Positions 35,792 to 44,656 of a stretch of DNA of 64,000 nt are shown here, piece by piece. The position numbers and the translations under genes were made by a program. The notes under the pieces were generated by a model, which saw only the letters and a program-made list of their open reading frames with translations, was not told where the DNA came from and searched no databases. The number at the start of each line of letters is the position of its first letter. The first letter of the stretch is position 1. The stretch comes from an uncultured Parachlamydiaceae bacterium (GTDB taxonomy: Bacteria > Chlamydiota > Chlamydiia > Chlamydiales > Parachlamydiaceae), in contig CAVULX010000003.1 of NCBI GenBank assembly GCA_963742415.1, positions 672,001 through 736,000 on the forward strand, given 5' to 3'.

Positions 35792-35908
35792 TTTTTCCAC
35801 GGAGATGTGCACATATAATGAAACTTATAAGGGGGCCCCATGTAGCCTGTTACATGGGTCGCCATAACAATCTTTGGGCAAAACTTCCGACAAAAAAGGA
35901 ATTTTAGG

Positions 35909-38084
35909 ATGGGTTATCTTGAGGATCTTCAACAACAAATTAATAATCGTGATTTTAATAAATTCTGGCAACTATGGGAGGAATATTGCACTAGCGACAC
36001 CGTCGACATCGAAGAGTATGTAAATATTTTAAAAGCTATTAAAGCTTCCGATTTCGCTAAGCAATTCGGGCAGCTCATTGAAACAGCTATTCCCCTCTGG
36101 GAAACAATAAAAGATCCTAAAGGAAGCTATGAAATTCTCTCACTGCTAATCGATTTGCAAACGACGAATAGCCCTAAATTGGCCGATTTAGCTTACCAAG
36201 CTTTAAAAGAGAAACATGGTAACCAGGACCAATTTAACGAAAGACTACGGCTCGTAGGGCTGCGGACCCGTGATAATTTTCAAGGGGCTCTATCTTATTA
36301 CGATCTGCTTTTCCATATGGACAAAGGGAAGTTTGTTTTTCATACCGGAGGGTGGGGAACAGGGGAAATTGTCGATCTTTCTCCCATCCGGGAGCAAGTT
36401 TCTGTTGAATTTGAACATATTTCGGGAAGGAAACACTTCACTTTTGCCAATGCTTATAAAAACCTGATACCCCTTGCCGATGATAATTTTCTAGTCCGCC
36501 GCTTCGCCGATGCTGATGTTTTAGAAAAAGAAGCTAAAGAGGACCCTATAGCTGTCATCAAAATGCTTTTACGTGACATGGGGCCAAAGACAGCTATAGA
36601 AATCAAAGATGAACTCTGTGAAAGGGTCATTCCCGAGCAGGATTGGACAAAATGGTGGCAAAGCGCTCGAAGCAAGATCAAGAAAGATACCCTGATCGAG
36701 GCTCCCGAAGCATCGAAAGAGCCCTTTAAGCTGCACAAAGCTGAAGTGACCCATGAAGAGCGTTTACATAAAGCCATCACTAAAAAGAGCTCCATCGACG
36801 AACTCATTCAAGTCTCCTATGCTTTCGTACGTGATAATCCCGCCATGTTAAAAAAAGAAGAGGTGAGAAATTCGATCCAAAAAAAATTAACCGATGCTCT
36901 CCAAGCTCCTGATGTTTCCGAAGCTCAAAAGCTCCAAATCCACATTTTTCGGGAAACCCTCTTTGGTTACAAAGAAGAAGGGAAAGGGGTTAAGCATTTA
37001 ATCCAACACATAGATAACTTTGAAGAACTTATCGAAGCCATCGATGTGATTGCTTTTAAAAAACGGCTTCTAACTTTTATCCGGGAGTACCGTAAAGATT
37101 GGAGTAAGATTTTTCTCGAATTGTTATTTACCCAGCAACAAAGTACTGTGCGGGAATATCTCTTGAAAGAATTAAGCCATGAAGAGGAAAAAAAGCTCTT
37201 AGAAGCTAAGTTAAAAGATCTTTCATTACATCCTTTCAAAGCCCCCGAATTTTTAGTCTGGTACTTCCAAAAGCTCGTCAGTAAAGACAAAGATGAATTT
37301 TTGTTCAGTGATAAAGAAGGACAATGCCGTTTCTTTGAATCCTTCCTTATCCTATTTAGCCTTCTCGATTCAAAAGCGGAATATAAAGACTTAGCAAAAA
37401 AAATGTATCTCTTTATCACAGGCAAAAGGTACGCCATCGTCAGAAATATCCTTCATGATGCTTCTGTTGATTTTATTAAAGAATTTCTTCTGCTTGCGGC
37501 CAAGTGCCACGCTTTCACCGATCACGATCAAAAAATTCTTCGCTCCCTTGCTGAAGTGGCTGACCCTTCCATCGGCTCAGAAAAATCGCGGAAAGATCAT
37601 CCTCACTTTGATCATCAGACTTTATGGACGCACAGAGCAGGGATATCAACGCACAAAAGAGCGGATGCATAAAATCAGCACGACGGAAATGGTTGATAAC
37701 GCGAAGGAAATCGAAGCAGCGCGTGCTCTAGGGGACCTCCGTGAAAATTCCGAGTACAAGTTCGCCCTTGAGCGACGCTCAAGGTTGCAATCTGAGTTGC
37801 GCCATCTATCAGAACAAATCAGTCGTGCGCGTATTATTACGAAAGATGATATCCTCCCCGAAGAGGTCAGTATCGGCAGTATCGTTGAGGTGGTCAACTC
37901 TCAAGGAAAAACAATGACATATACAATTTTAGGGCCTTGGGACGCCGATCCGGAAAAAGGAGTTGTATCGGCCCAATCAAAATTTGCCCAAGCGATGGCA
38001 GGCCTTAAGAAAGGGGATTCATTTCAATTCAAGGAGGAAGAATATCAAATTGTGGACTTAAAAAACTTTATGGACGATGAGTAA
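35909..38084 (+). CDS. greA: Chlamydial-type long transcription elongation factor GreA, with an apparent +1 frameshift at ~37631
   Basis: Long N-terminal extension (FHTGGWGTGE); C-terminal EAARALGDLRENSEYK and ILGPWDAD; removing one C in TGG ACG c ACA GAG gives a continuous 724-aa ORF. Confidence 0.9.
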
Positions 38085-38700
38085 AGATATGGAAATCGTA
38101 ATTGCTAGCATGAATTTACATAAAATTCGTGAACTTAGGGAAATGTTTAAACCGTTCCCGATTTGGGATATCCTTTCTCTTCATAATTTTCCCGACTACG
38201 CCTCCCCGGAAGAGCATGGAAAAACATTCAAAAGCAATGCTCTGATCAAAGCCAAACAAGGGGCAGAAGTTTTGCAAAAGTGGGTTTTAGCCGACGATTC
38301 GGGGCTGGTCGTTCCTAGCTTAGGAGGAGCCCCGGGCGTTAATTCCCGCCGTTATGCGGGGGAAGATGCCACCGATGCGGAAAATAGGCAGAAGCTGCTC
38401 CAAGAGATGAAAGATAAAAAGGACCACGAACGTGCCGCTTATTTCGAATGCTGCCTTGCCATCGGGAGTCCCGATGGTCTTGTTAAGTCATTCACAGGGA
38501 TTTGCGAAGGGATTATTTTGACTGAGGAAAGGGGGCGCAACGGATTTGGATATGATTCCCTTTTTGTAAAACACGATTACGATAAGAGCTTCGCAGAAAT
38601 AGATGATACGACCAAAAATCGGGTCTCCCACCGGCGGAAAGCTTTTGAAAAGCTGATTGTTTTTCTAGAATCTTTTGCTGCTAAGGCACAACAACATTAG
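38077..38700 (+). CDS. rdgB: Non-canonical purine NTP pyrophosphatase (RdgB/HAM1)
   Basis: ADDSGL, GAPGV.S.RYAG, GFGYD and SHR motifs. Confidence 0.95.
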   Translation: MSKDMEIVIASMNLHKIRELREMFKPFPIWDILSLHNFPDYASPEEHGKTFKSNALIKAKQGAEVLQKWVLADDSGLVVPSLGGAPGVNSRRYAGEDATDAENRQKLLQEMKDKKDHERAAYFECCLAIGSPDGLVKSFTGICEGIILTEERGRNGFGYDSLFVKHDYDKSFAEIDDTTKNRVSHRRKAFEKLIVFLESFAAKAQQH

Positions 38701-38721
38701 AAGCTTATGCATTAGGAGGTT

Positions 38722-39399
38722 ATGCATTATCTCATTGACGGATACAACTGGATTTTTCGAATTTTACGTGCCGGCAATGATTTGATCGAACAACGGACCA
38801 AAATGGTCCGGGAGCTCAATGAAAAAGCTCAATATCTCGACCTCAACATGACGATTGTTTTTGATGCCCATCATCAAGGTGGTGAGTTGCATAAATCCCA
38901 TTTTAAACATGTGGAGATTGTTTTTACTGCGGCAGGGGAAACGGCTGATGATTATATTCTTCACTATTTGAAGCACTGCCGCCTCCCAGATGAATGTACA
39001 GTGGTCACTTCGGACAAAAAGTTGGCTTGGCAGGCAAGGCGCCGTAGTGCAAAAACAGAGGAGATCAGCCCCTTCTTACAGTGGCTTGATAAAAGGTATG
39101 TAAACAAAAAGCGGCGTATAAAAAAGCCTTCGCCGGCACCTCATGTTCCCAAGGCTTTGCCTCCAAAAAAGGAGGCCCAAAAGGGACCTGGGATTGATGT
39201 GATGCCTGAAGATTGCTTTGATTACTATCTACAGGAGTTTGAAAAGAGTCTTCAAGCAGTCGAATCAAAGGAAAAAATAAAAAAGCCCTCCACACCCAAG
39301 TATAAATCACGCAAGAAAAAATTCAAACCCAAAGAGCAGCCAGAATTAAGTTCCGCCGAAGATGACTTTAATCGTTGGCTGACAGCTTTTACTGAATAA
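38722..39399 (+). CDS. NYN-domain (YacP/Rae1-like) nuclease
   Basis: LIDGYN, VFD, TADD and VVTSD motifs; basic C-terminal tail. Confidence 0.85.
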   Translation: MHYLIDGYNWIFRILRAGNDLIEQRTKMVRELNEKAQYLDLNMTIVFDAHHQGGELHKSHFKHVEIVFTAAGETADDYILHYLKHCRLPDECTVVTSDKKLAWQARRRSAKTEEISPFLQWLDKRYVNKKRRIKKPSPAPHVPKALPPKKEAQKGPGIDVMPEDCFDYYLQEFEKSLQAVESKEKIKKPSTPKYKSRKKKFKPKEQPELSSAEDDFNRWLTAFTE

Positions 39400-39428
39400 A
39401 ATAAAAAAATAGGATTCATTTAAAATAA

Positions 39429-40454
39429 ATGGCCACTCTTATTGAAATCCAACAAGTATCGAAAGGATATGGAAGTGCAAAGCAACGTGTCAACGCATTG
39501 CACAATGTTTCCCTATCCATCGAAGAAAAAGATGTTTTTGGAATTGTCGGCTTAAGTGGTGCGGGTAAATCTACTCTGATCCGTTCTCTGGCTGCTTTGG
39601 TCACCCCCTCTTCAGGGAGAATTCTATTTTCCGGGAGCGATATCGCTCATATGAGGGAAGAAGGATTGCGGAATTTCCGAAAAAATATTGGGATGATCTT
39701 TCAACATTTTAATTTGCTATCCTCACGCACCGTTGCAGGCAATATAGCCTATCCTTTGGAAATCATCAATACCCCCAAAGAGGAGCAACAAAAGCGTGTC
39801 GATGAGTTGCTTGGGCTTGTTGAGCTCGAAGCAAAAAAAGATGCTTATCCTTCCCAGCTGAGCGGTGGAGAAAAGCAACGTGTTGGCATTGCCCGCGCCT
39901 TGGCGACACATCCTGCCGTTATGTTATGTGATGAAGCCACCTCTGCTTTAGATCCCAAAACAACCCGAGAGATTTTAAGCTTATTGCAAAATATCAATAA
40001 AAAACTCGGGGTTACCATCGTTTTAATTACCCATGAAATGGAAGTGATTAAACAGATCTGCAATAAAGTAGCTGTGATCGATAAAGGCTCCATTGTCGAA
40101 ACAGGCTTGGTGACTGAAATTTTCGCCGATCCTCAACACTCCATAACGAAACACTTTTTAGAAAAATCTTCCCACGAACTCCCTTCCGAATTCTATAAAG
40201 AGGTTTCCCCGAACAGAAAACTTTTAAGATTAAAATTCAAAGGAAATGTCGCAAGCGAGCCTGTCATTTCAGAAATTGTTAAAAGGTTTAATGTGGATGC
40301 CAACATTTTATTAGGATGGATCGATCGTCTCCAATCGTTGACGATCGGGACTTTAATCATCGAACTCATGGGGGCTCCGGAAGGGATTCAAAACGCCATA
40401 CATTATCTCGATCAGAAATCGGTTAAATATGAGGTGATTGAAAATGAGCCCTGA
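39429..40454 (+). CDS. metN: Methionine ABC transporter ATPase
   Basis: GLSGAGKST, IFQHFNLL, LSGGEKQRV and CDEATSALDP motifs; C-terminal NIL domain. Confidence 0.95.
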   Translation: MATLIEIQQVSKGYGSAKQRVNALHNVSLSIEEKDVFGIVGLSGAGKSTLIRSLAALVTPSSGRILFSGSDIAHMREEGLRNFRKNIGMIFQHFNLLSSRTVAGNIAYPLEIINTPKEEQQKRVDELLGLVELEAKKDAYPSQLSGGEKQRVGIARALATHPAVMLCDEATSALDPKTTREILSLLQNINKKLGVTIVLITHEMEVIKQICNKVAVIDKGSIVETGLVTEIFADPQHSITKHFLEKSSHELPSEFYKEVSPNRKLLRLKFKGNVASEPVISEIVKRFNVDANILLGWIDRLQSLTIGTLIIELMGAPEGIQNAIHYLDQKSVKYEVIENEP

Positions 40455-41130
40455 AAATATTCAACTTGCCTTGCACCTATTGCCTCTGCAATTGTGGAAC
40501 ACGATTTACATGGTTGTAATATCCACCTTTTTCGCAGTCCTTATCGGATTGCCCATTGGGGTCATTTTGGCAATTACAGACAAAGGGCATATCAAAGAAA
40601 ACGTCAAGTTTTATAAAATTTTAGAAACCATCGTCAACATTGGCCGCTCTTTTCCTTTTGCAATTCTTATGGTTGCTCTTATCCCCGTCACAAGGTGGAT
40701 TGTAGGGACTAGTTTGGGAACGACTGCTTCGATCGTCCCTCTGACGATCGCCGCAGCGCCCTTTGTCGCAAGGCTGATTGAAACAAGCCTCAAAGAGGTT
40801 GACCACGCGATTCTCGAAGCTGTCATTGTCATGGGATCCAACACATGGCAAATCATCACGAAAGTATTGCTACCCGAAGCTTTGCCTTCCATCGTATCAG
40901 GAATCACGCTCACGATCATTAATGTAATAGGATATAGTGCCATGGCAGGCATTGTGGGGGGCGGCGGATTGGGACAGGTGGCTATTCAGTACGGCTACAA
41001 CCGTTTTAATACTTTTATCATGGTTGTCACTGTGATCCTTCTCATCCTTTTGGTCCAGTGTGTGCAATGGCTTGGCGGTTATATCGTCAAATCAATTTAT
41101 AAAAAACGGGGAAAACTATCTCATGAATAA
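40444..41130 (+). CDS. metI: Methionine ABC transporter permease
   Basis: RSFPFAIL, PFVARL and SAMAG.VGGGGLG motifs. Confidence 0.95.
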   Translation: MSPENIQLALHLLPLQLWNTIYMVVISTFFAVLIGLPIGVILAITDKGHIKENVKFYKILETIVNIGRSFPFAILMVALIPVTRWIVGTSLGTTASIVPLTIAAAPFVARLIETSLKEVDHAILEAVIVMGSNTWQIITKVLLPEALPSIVSGITLTIINVIGYSAMAGIVGGGGLGQVAIQYGYNRFNTFIMVVTVILLILLVQCVQWLGGYIVKSIYKKRGKLSHE

Positions 41131-41914
41131 ATATTATTTTTATATCGTATGCGCACTGCCGCTTTTTTTCTCAGTTAGCTGTTCTTCTGAATCCAAAAAA
41201 GGGCTTAAAATTGCGGCTACACCTGTTCCTCACGCCCAAATTTTGGAATTTGCCAAGTCCGACCTTAAAGCCCAAGGGATCGATCTCGACATCATTGTTA
41301 CCGACGATTACAATATGCCTAATCGTGCTTTAGCCAATCACGAAGTCGATGCGAATTTCTTCCAACACCTCCCTTTCCTGCAGGAACAGATCAAGCAATT
41401 TCATTATCCGATTAAAAGCCTTGCGGCCATCGAATTGGAGCCGATGGGAGTTTATTCAAAAAAAATCAAGTCCCTGTCCGAGTTGAAAGAAAATGGAAAA
41501 ATAGCTGTCCCTAATGATCCTACAAATGAAGGAAGGGCCCTGCTTTTACTGCAAAGAGAGGGGGTAATCAAACTGGATCATTCCCAAAATTTGCAAGCCA
41601 CGGTTTTGAATATCGCCGATAACCCAAAGCACCTTAAGTTTATTGAAGTGGATGCAGCTATGCTTCCGCGGGCATTGGAAGATGTTGACGCAGCCGTTAT
41701 CAACACCAATTTTGCTTTGGGAGCTCATTTATCTCCTTTGAAGGACGCGTTAGCCATCGAAGATAAAGATTCCCCCTATGCAAATATTGTGGCCATTCGG
41801 ATAGAAGATGAAAATCGTCCGGACATTCAAGCTTTGAAAAAAGCTTTGACCACAGACAAAATGAAGCAATACATTTTGGAGCAATACAAAGGGGCCATTT
41901 TGCCTGCGTTTTAA
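41123..41914 (+). CDS. metQ: Methionine ABC transporter substrate-binding lipoprotein
   Basis: Lipobox FSVSC; TPVPHA, ANFFQH, PNDPTNEGRAL and SPYAN motifs. Confidence 0.95.
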   Translation: MNKYYFYIVCALPLFFSVSCSSESKKGLKIAATPVPHAQILEFAKSDLKAQGIDLDIIVTDDYNMPNRALANHEVDANFFQHLPFLQEQIKQFHYPIKSLAAIELEPMGVYSKKIKSLSELKENGKIAVPNDPTNEGRALLLLQREGVIKLDHSQNLQATVLNIADNPKHLKFIEVDAAMLPRALEDVDAAVINTNFALGAHLSPLKDALAIEDKDSPYANIVAIRIEDENRPDIQALKKALTTDKMKQYILEQYKGAILPAF

Positions 41915-42585
41915 TTACCAGAATGCGTGAGAGAAATTTCTAGAATTTCTATCGGTACTTGATATCCCTCGGTATAAAGATTCGATAAGGTTTCCTCAAA
42001 AAATGATGCGCAGTGTTCGTATTCTTCTGCAGCGCAGGAAAAATCAAGCATGCAGAGGCGTTGATCAATAATTGTAATGTACATAGTCGATATGTAGGGT
42101 AATGACTGATCAGGGATATCGAGGCTATTGTGTTCAATGATGACAGTAGTATCAGCAACAACCTTAATCCATTCAATACCTTTCACATTGATTCTGCTCA
42201 AATCCACAATGCGATTTTTTGGCATAGGTGTGTCGCCGTCCTCTTCTTCATTCTGTTCCAATAAGTCAAAGGCAGGAATTGTGTCAATTTGGCCTAGATT
42301 ATATTGGGATAATTGAATGTCCAAGAGATCCAAGGTGACATCGGATGGAAGTTTTGTTTTAGGAGAAGAAATCGAAAACTCGACGTCGCCCCTCATTTGA
42401 TCACTGCCGTGGTCACGGTATTCAAAATCCATGTTCTCTGCGCCTTCATCACCATATAAAATCCAACCTGGATTCAGATTGATATGGTTTAAAGGGGAGG
42501 GAAAGGAAGTATCGATGTCAGTAGAGTTGGCAAACGATTGGATTGCTAGGCAAATCCCAAAAATCAAATAAGATAATTTATTCAT
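41911..42585 (-). CDS. Hypothetical secreted acidic protein (224 aa)
   Basis: AGGAG RBS before ATG 42585; signal peptide MNKLSYLIFGICLAIQSFA. Confidence 0.75.
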   Translation of the reverse strand: MNKLSYLIFGICLAIQSFANSTDIDTSFPSPLNHINLNPGWILYGDEGAENMDFEYRDHGSDQMRGDVEFSISSPKTKLPSDVTLDLLDIQLSQYNLGQIDTIPAFDLLEQNEEEDGDTPMPKNRIVDLSRINVKGIEWIKVVADTTVIIEHNSLDIPDQSLPYISTMYITIIDQRLCMLDFSCAAEEYEHCASFFEETLSNLYTEGYQVPIEILEISLTHSGN

Positions 42586-42673
42586 AATAAAATAACTCCT
42601 ACAAAAATTTAAGAAGATTGTAACAAAAATTTCAATTAAATAAAAGAAAAATTTATTTAAGAGGGGATGAAAA

Positions 42674-43276
42674 TTGATTTTTATTTTCAAAAAGATGTTA
42701 GTGGCATATTTTGAAGGTATAGTAAGAGCAGCAGTTTGCTCTGGGCGAAAAAGGAAGTTTATGCAGCCGGCAAGGGTAGATGGTTCTTTAACCCTTTTGT
42801 ACACAAGCGGAGAAGGGGAAATCGCAATAGTTTTGTATGACGTGGAAAAAAAAGCTGGAAGTGCAGCACCTTGGCACAAAACAACAGACAAAGTCAATCA
42901 ACTGGCTAGTCAATGCGATTCGACCGTAGGAGTCCATAAGGACTCGGTAACTCATAAGTTCGACTTTATCAATGAATTTACTGATTATTTTTTTAAAACA
43001 GAAACAGCATCAAAACCCAAAGAAAAAAAGGAAAAAATTGTTGGAAATATCACCCGCTGTTCTACATGTGGGATAATCATTCTTAATATTAATTTAAATG
43101 ATGTGGCCAAAATGGAAAATGATCTCGATAAAACTTCATTTATTGATCCATATAAAGTTGGTCATTGCATCGTAAAAGATGGTATTTATCAGGTAGGTGA
43201 CGTTGGCTTAGGGAGATATGTGGTGACCCTGATTGGTAAACATGACCACACAGCCCACCATAAATGGCAAGGATAA
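42674..43276 (+). CDS. Hypothetical protein (start uncertain)
   Basis: 200-aa ORF filling the gap between neighbours; no recognised motif. Confidence 0.55.
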   Translation: MIFIFKKMLVAYFEGIVRAAVCSGRKRKFMQPARVDGSLTLLYTSGEGEIAIVLYDVEKKAGSAAPWHKTTDKVNQLASQCDSTVGVHKDSVTHKFDFINEFTDYFFKTETASKPKEKKEKIVGNITRCSTCGIIILNINLNDVAKMENDLDKTSFIDPYKVGHCIVKDGIYQVGDVGLGRYVVTLIGKHDHTAHHKWQG

Positions 43277-43382
43277 GTTGCCGTTCTTTTCTTCTATGAA
43301 TTTACTTTTCAAAAATACCCTAGAGTCATATCCTAATGCCCGTAAGAGCGGATTGCTCAAAAAAAATCAAAAAGGGGTCGAT

Positions 43383-43748
43383 ATGAAAAAAATATTACTA
43401 ATGCTCAGTTTAGCCGTTTGTAATTTAGAAGCCACCCATTTTCAAAGTTCAATGTCAGTGACCCCTATCAACGGTCAAGAAACAATAGAATATTTGGTCG
43501 AAATGCAAATTGAAAAAGTGGTTGATGGTTTTTCTTCACCCCAGCTCATCGCTTCACCGAAAATGATTTGCAGCCAAGGGGAACCCGCTCAAATTTTATT
43601 CGAATCAGAAGATAAAGCCGAACTCCTTTCCATTCAAGTAGTATGCGACGAAAGCGCTCTTCAAAAAGGGATTCACGCCTCAGTTTTGATGAAAGAAAAA
43701 GGGGAAGTTGTCCTCTCTTTTGAGAATAACATCAAAGTCCCCCTTTAG
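43383..43748 (+). CDS. Small secreted beta-rich protein (121 aa)
   Basis: AAGGGG RBS; signal peptide MKKILLMLSLAVCNLEA. Confidence 0.7.
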   Translation: MKKILLMLSLAVCNLEATHFQSSMSVTPINGQETIEYLVEMQIEKVVDGFSSPQLIASPKMICSQGEPAQILFESEDKAELLSIQVVCDESALQKGIHASVLMKEKGEVVLSFENNIKVPL

Positions 43749-43764
43749 ACTCAAATAATTTTAA

Positions 43765-44148
43765 ATGAGTAAAGGAGATCTCATGAGTTTAGATGGAATA
43801 GGAAGCTATTTTTGGGGCTTTCGCGCAGGTTATTTTTGGGGTTATGCAAATCAAGATTGTTTAATGGAAAAAAGATCCTCAAAGGGCGATGAAACTTCGG
43901 AAAAGAATTCTGTCGAAAATAAACAGTTACCTGCGGACTCTGAATGGGTAAACATAGATTTAGAGGATCTTGATCTGGATCCCTCAACGTTTAATTCGAA
44001 GTATGGCGGATTTGACAATCGCGGAGAGCCAGCATCGGTCAGTGCGGACTTGAAAGAAAAGTTCCACACCAAACGTCAACAAAAAAAACGTTCACCAGAA
44101 AAAAAGCAAGTAATTCAGGAGCTTGCTGGACAGATCATTCAAAAGTAG
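43765..44148 (+). CDS. Hypothetical protein (start may be the second Met)
   Basis: 127-aa ORF; AAGGAG precedes the second ATG. Confidence 0.6.
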   Translation: MSKGDLMSLDGIGSYFWGFRAGYFWGYANQDCLMEKRSSKGDETSEKNSVENKQLPADSEWVNIDLEDLDLDPSTFNSKYGGFDNRGEPASVSADLKEKFHTKRQQKKRSPEKKQVIQELAGQIIQK

Positions 44149-44161
44149 ATAACTGGCAGAA

Positions 44162-44206
44162 GTGGACAAAGCGGACAGCACGAATGGGCATGTACACCTT
44201 GTCCAC
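44162..44206. repeat. Degenerate inverted repeat with 9-bp-period arms
   Basis: gtggacaaagcggaca...tgtacaccttgtccac (13/16 complementary), just after a stop codon. Confidence 0.55.
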
Positions 44207-44307
44207 CCCTTTCCATAAAAAAATTATTTAATTTTAATAAAATTGATTTTGTCTGATGATAAAAACAATTGAGTAAAAATATTGAAGCTATCCAAGTCAT
44301 TTTTTAG

Positions 44308-44367
44308 CGAAATTATGAAATTTCGGAGTATACTCCTATTTTATCAAACAAAAATGGACTATACTCC
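44308..44367. promoter_or_regulatory. Tandem palindromic operator-like boxes, copy 1
   Basis: GGAGTATACTCC (44325) and GGACTATACTCC (44356), 31 bp apart; same layout at 50215/50247. Confidence 0.7.
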
Positions 44368-44397
44368 ATTAAAATTTAAAAAAAATTTGCATTTTTA

Positions 44398-44592
44398 ATA
44401 AAATCTGATATGGTTGATGCAAGCAATATTAGTTCTTTCCGTAAAATCACAAAAGATATTTCTGGATGTGAGGCAATCGTTCTTAGTCAAGATCGTTTTA
44501 TGAAAAAATTTGATCACGTCACTTGTTATCCATGGAAACAAGGTATAGAGGAATATTTTCCCGAAGTGATTAGTGCTCCTAAAAACACTTAA
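44398..44592 (+). pseudogene. C-terminal remnant of an AAA+/DUF4143-type ATPase
   Basis: IKSDMVDASNISSFRKITKDISGCEAIVLSQD...VTCYPWKQGIEEYF resembles the terminal ExK nuclease-like domain; shares its upstream motif with the intact ATPase at 50261. Confidence 0.55.
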
Positions 44593-44656
44593 AACTTGTA
44601 CAAACGTGTTCATCTACAAATACTTTTTTATACTAATTTCAAGATCGACTCTCTAC

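Noticed and set aside
37620..37640. Programmed ribosomal frameshift in greA
   Set aside because: No slippery heptamer, homopolymer or stop-associated shift site at the junction.
42586..42897. N-terminal 104 aa of the 328-aa minus-strand ORF
   Set aside because: Overlaps a plus-strand gene and AT-rich promoter DNA; RBS and signal peptide point to ATG 42585.
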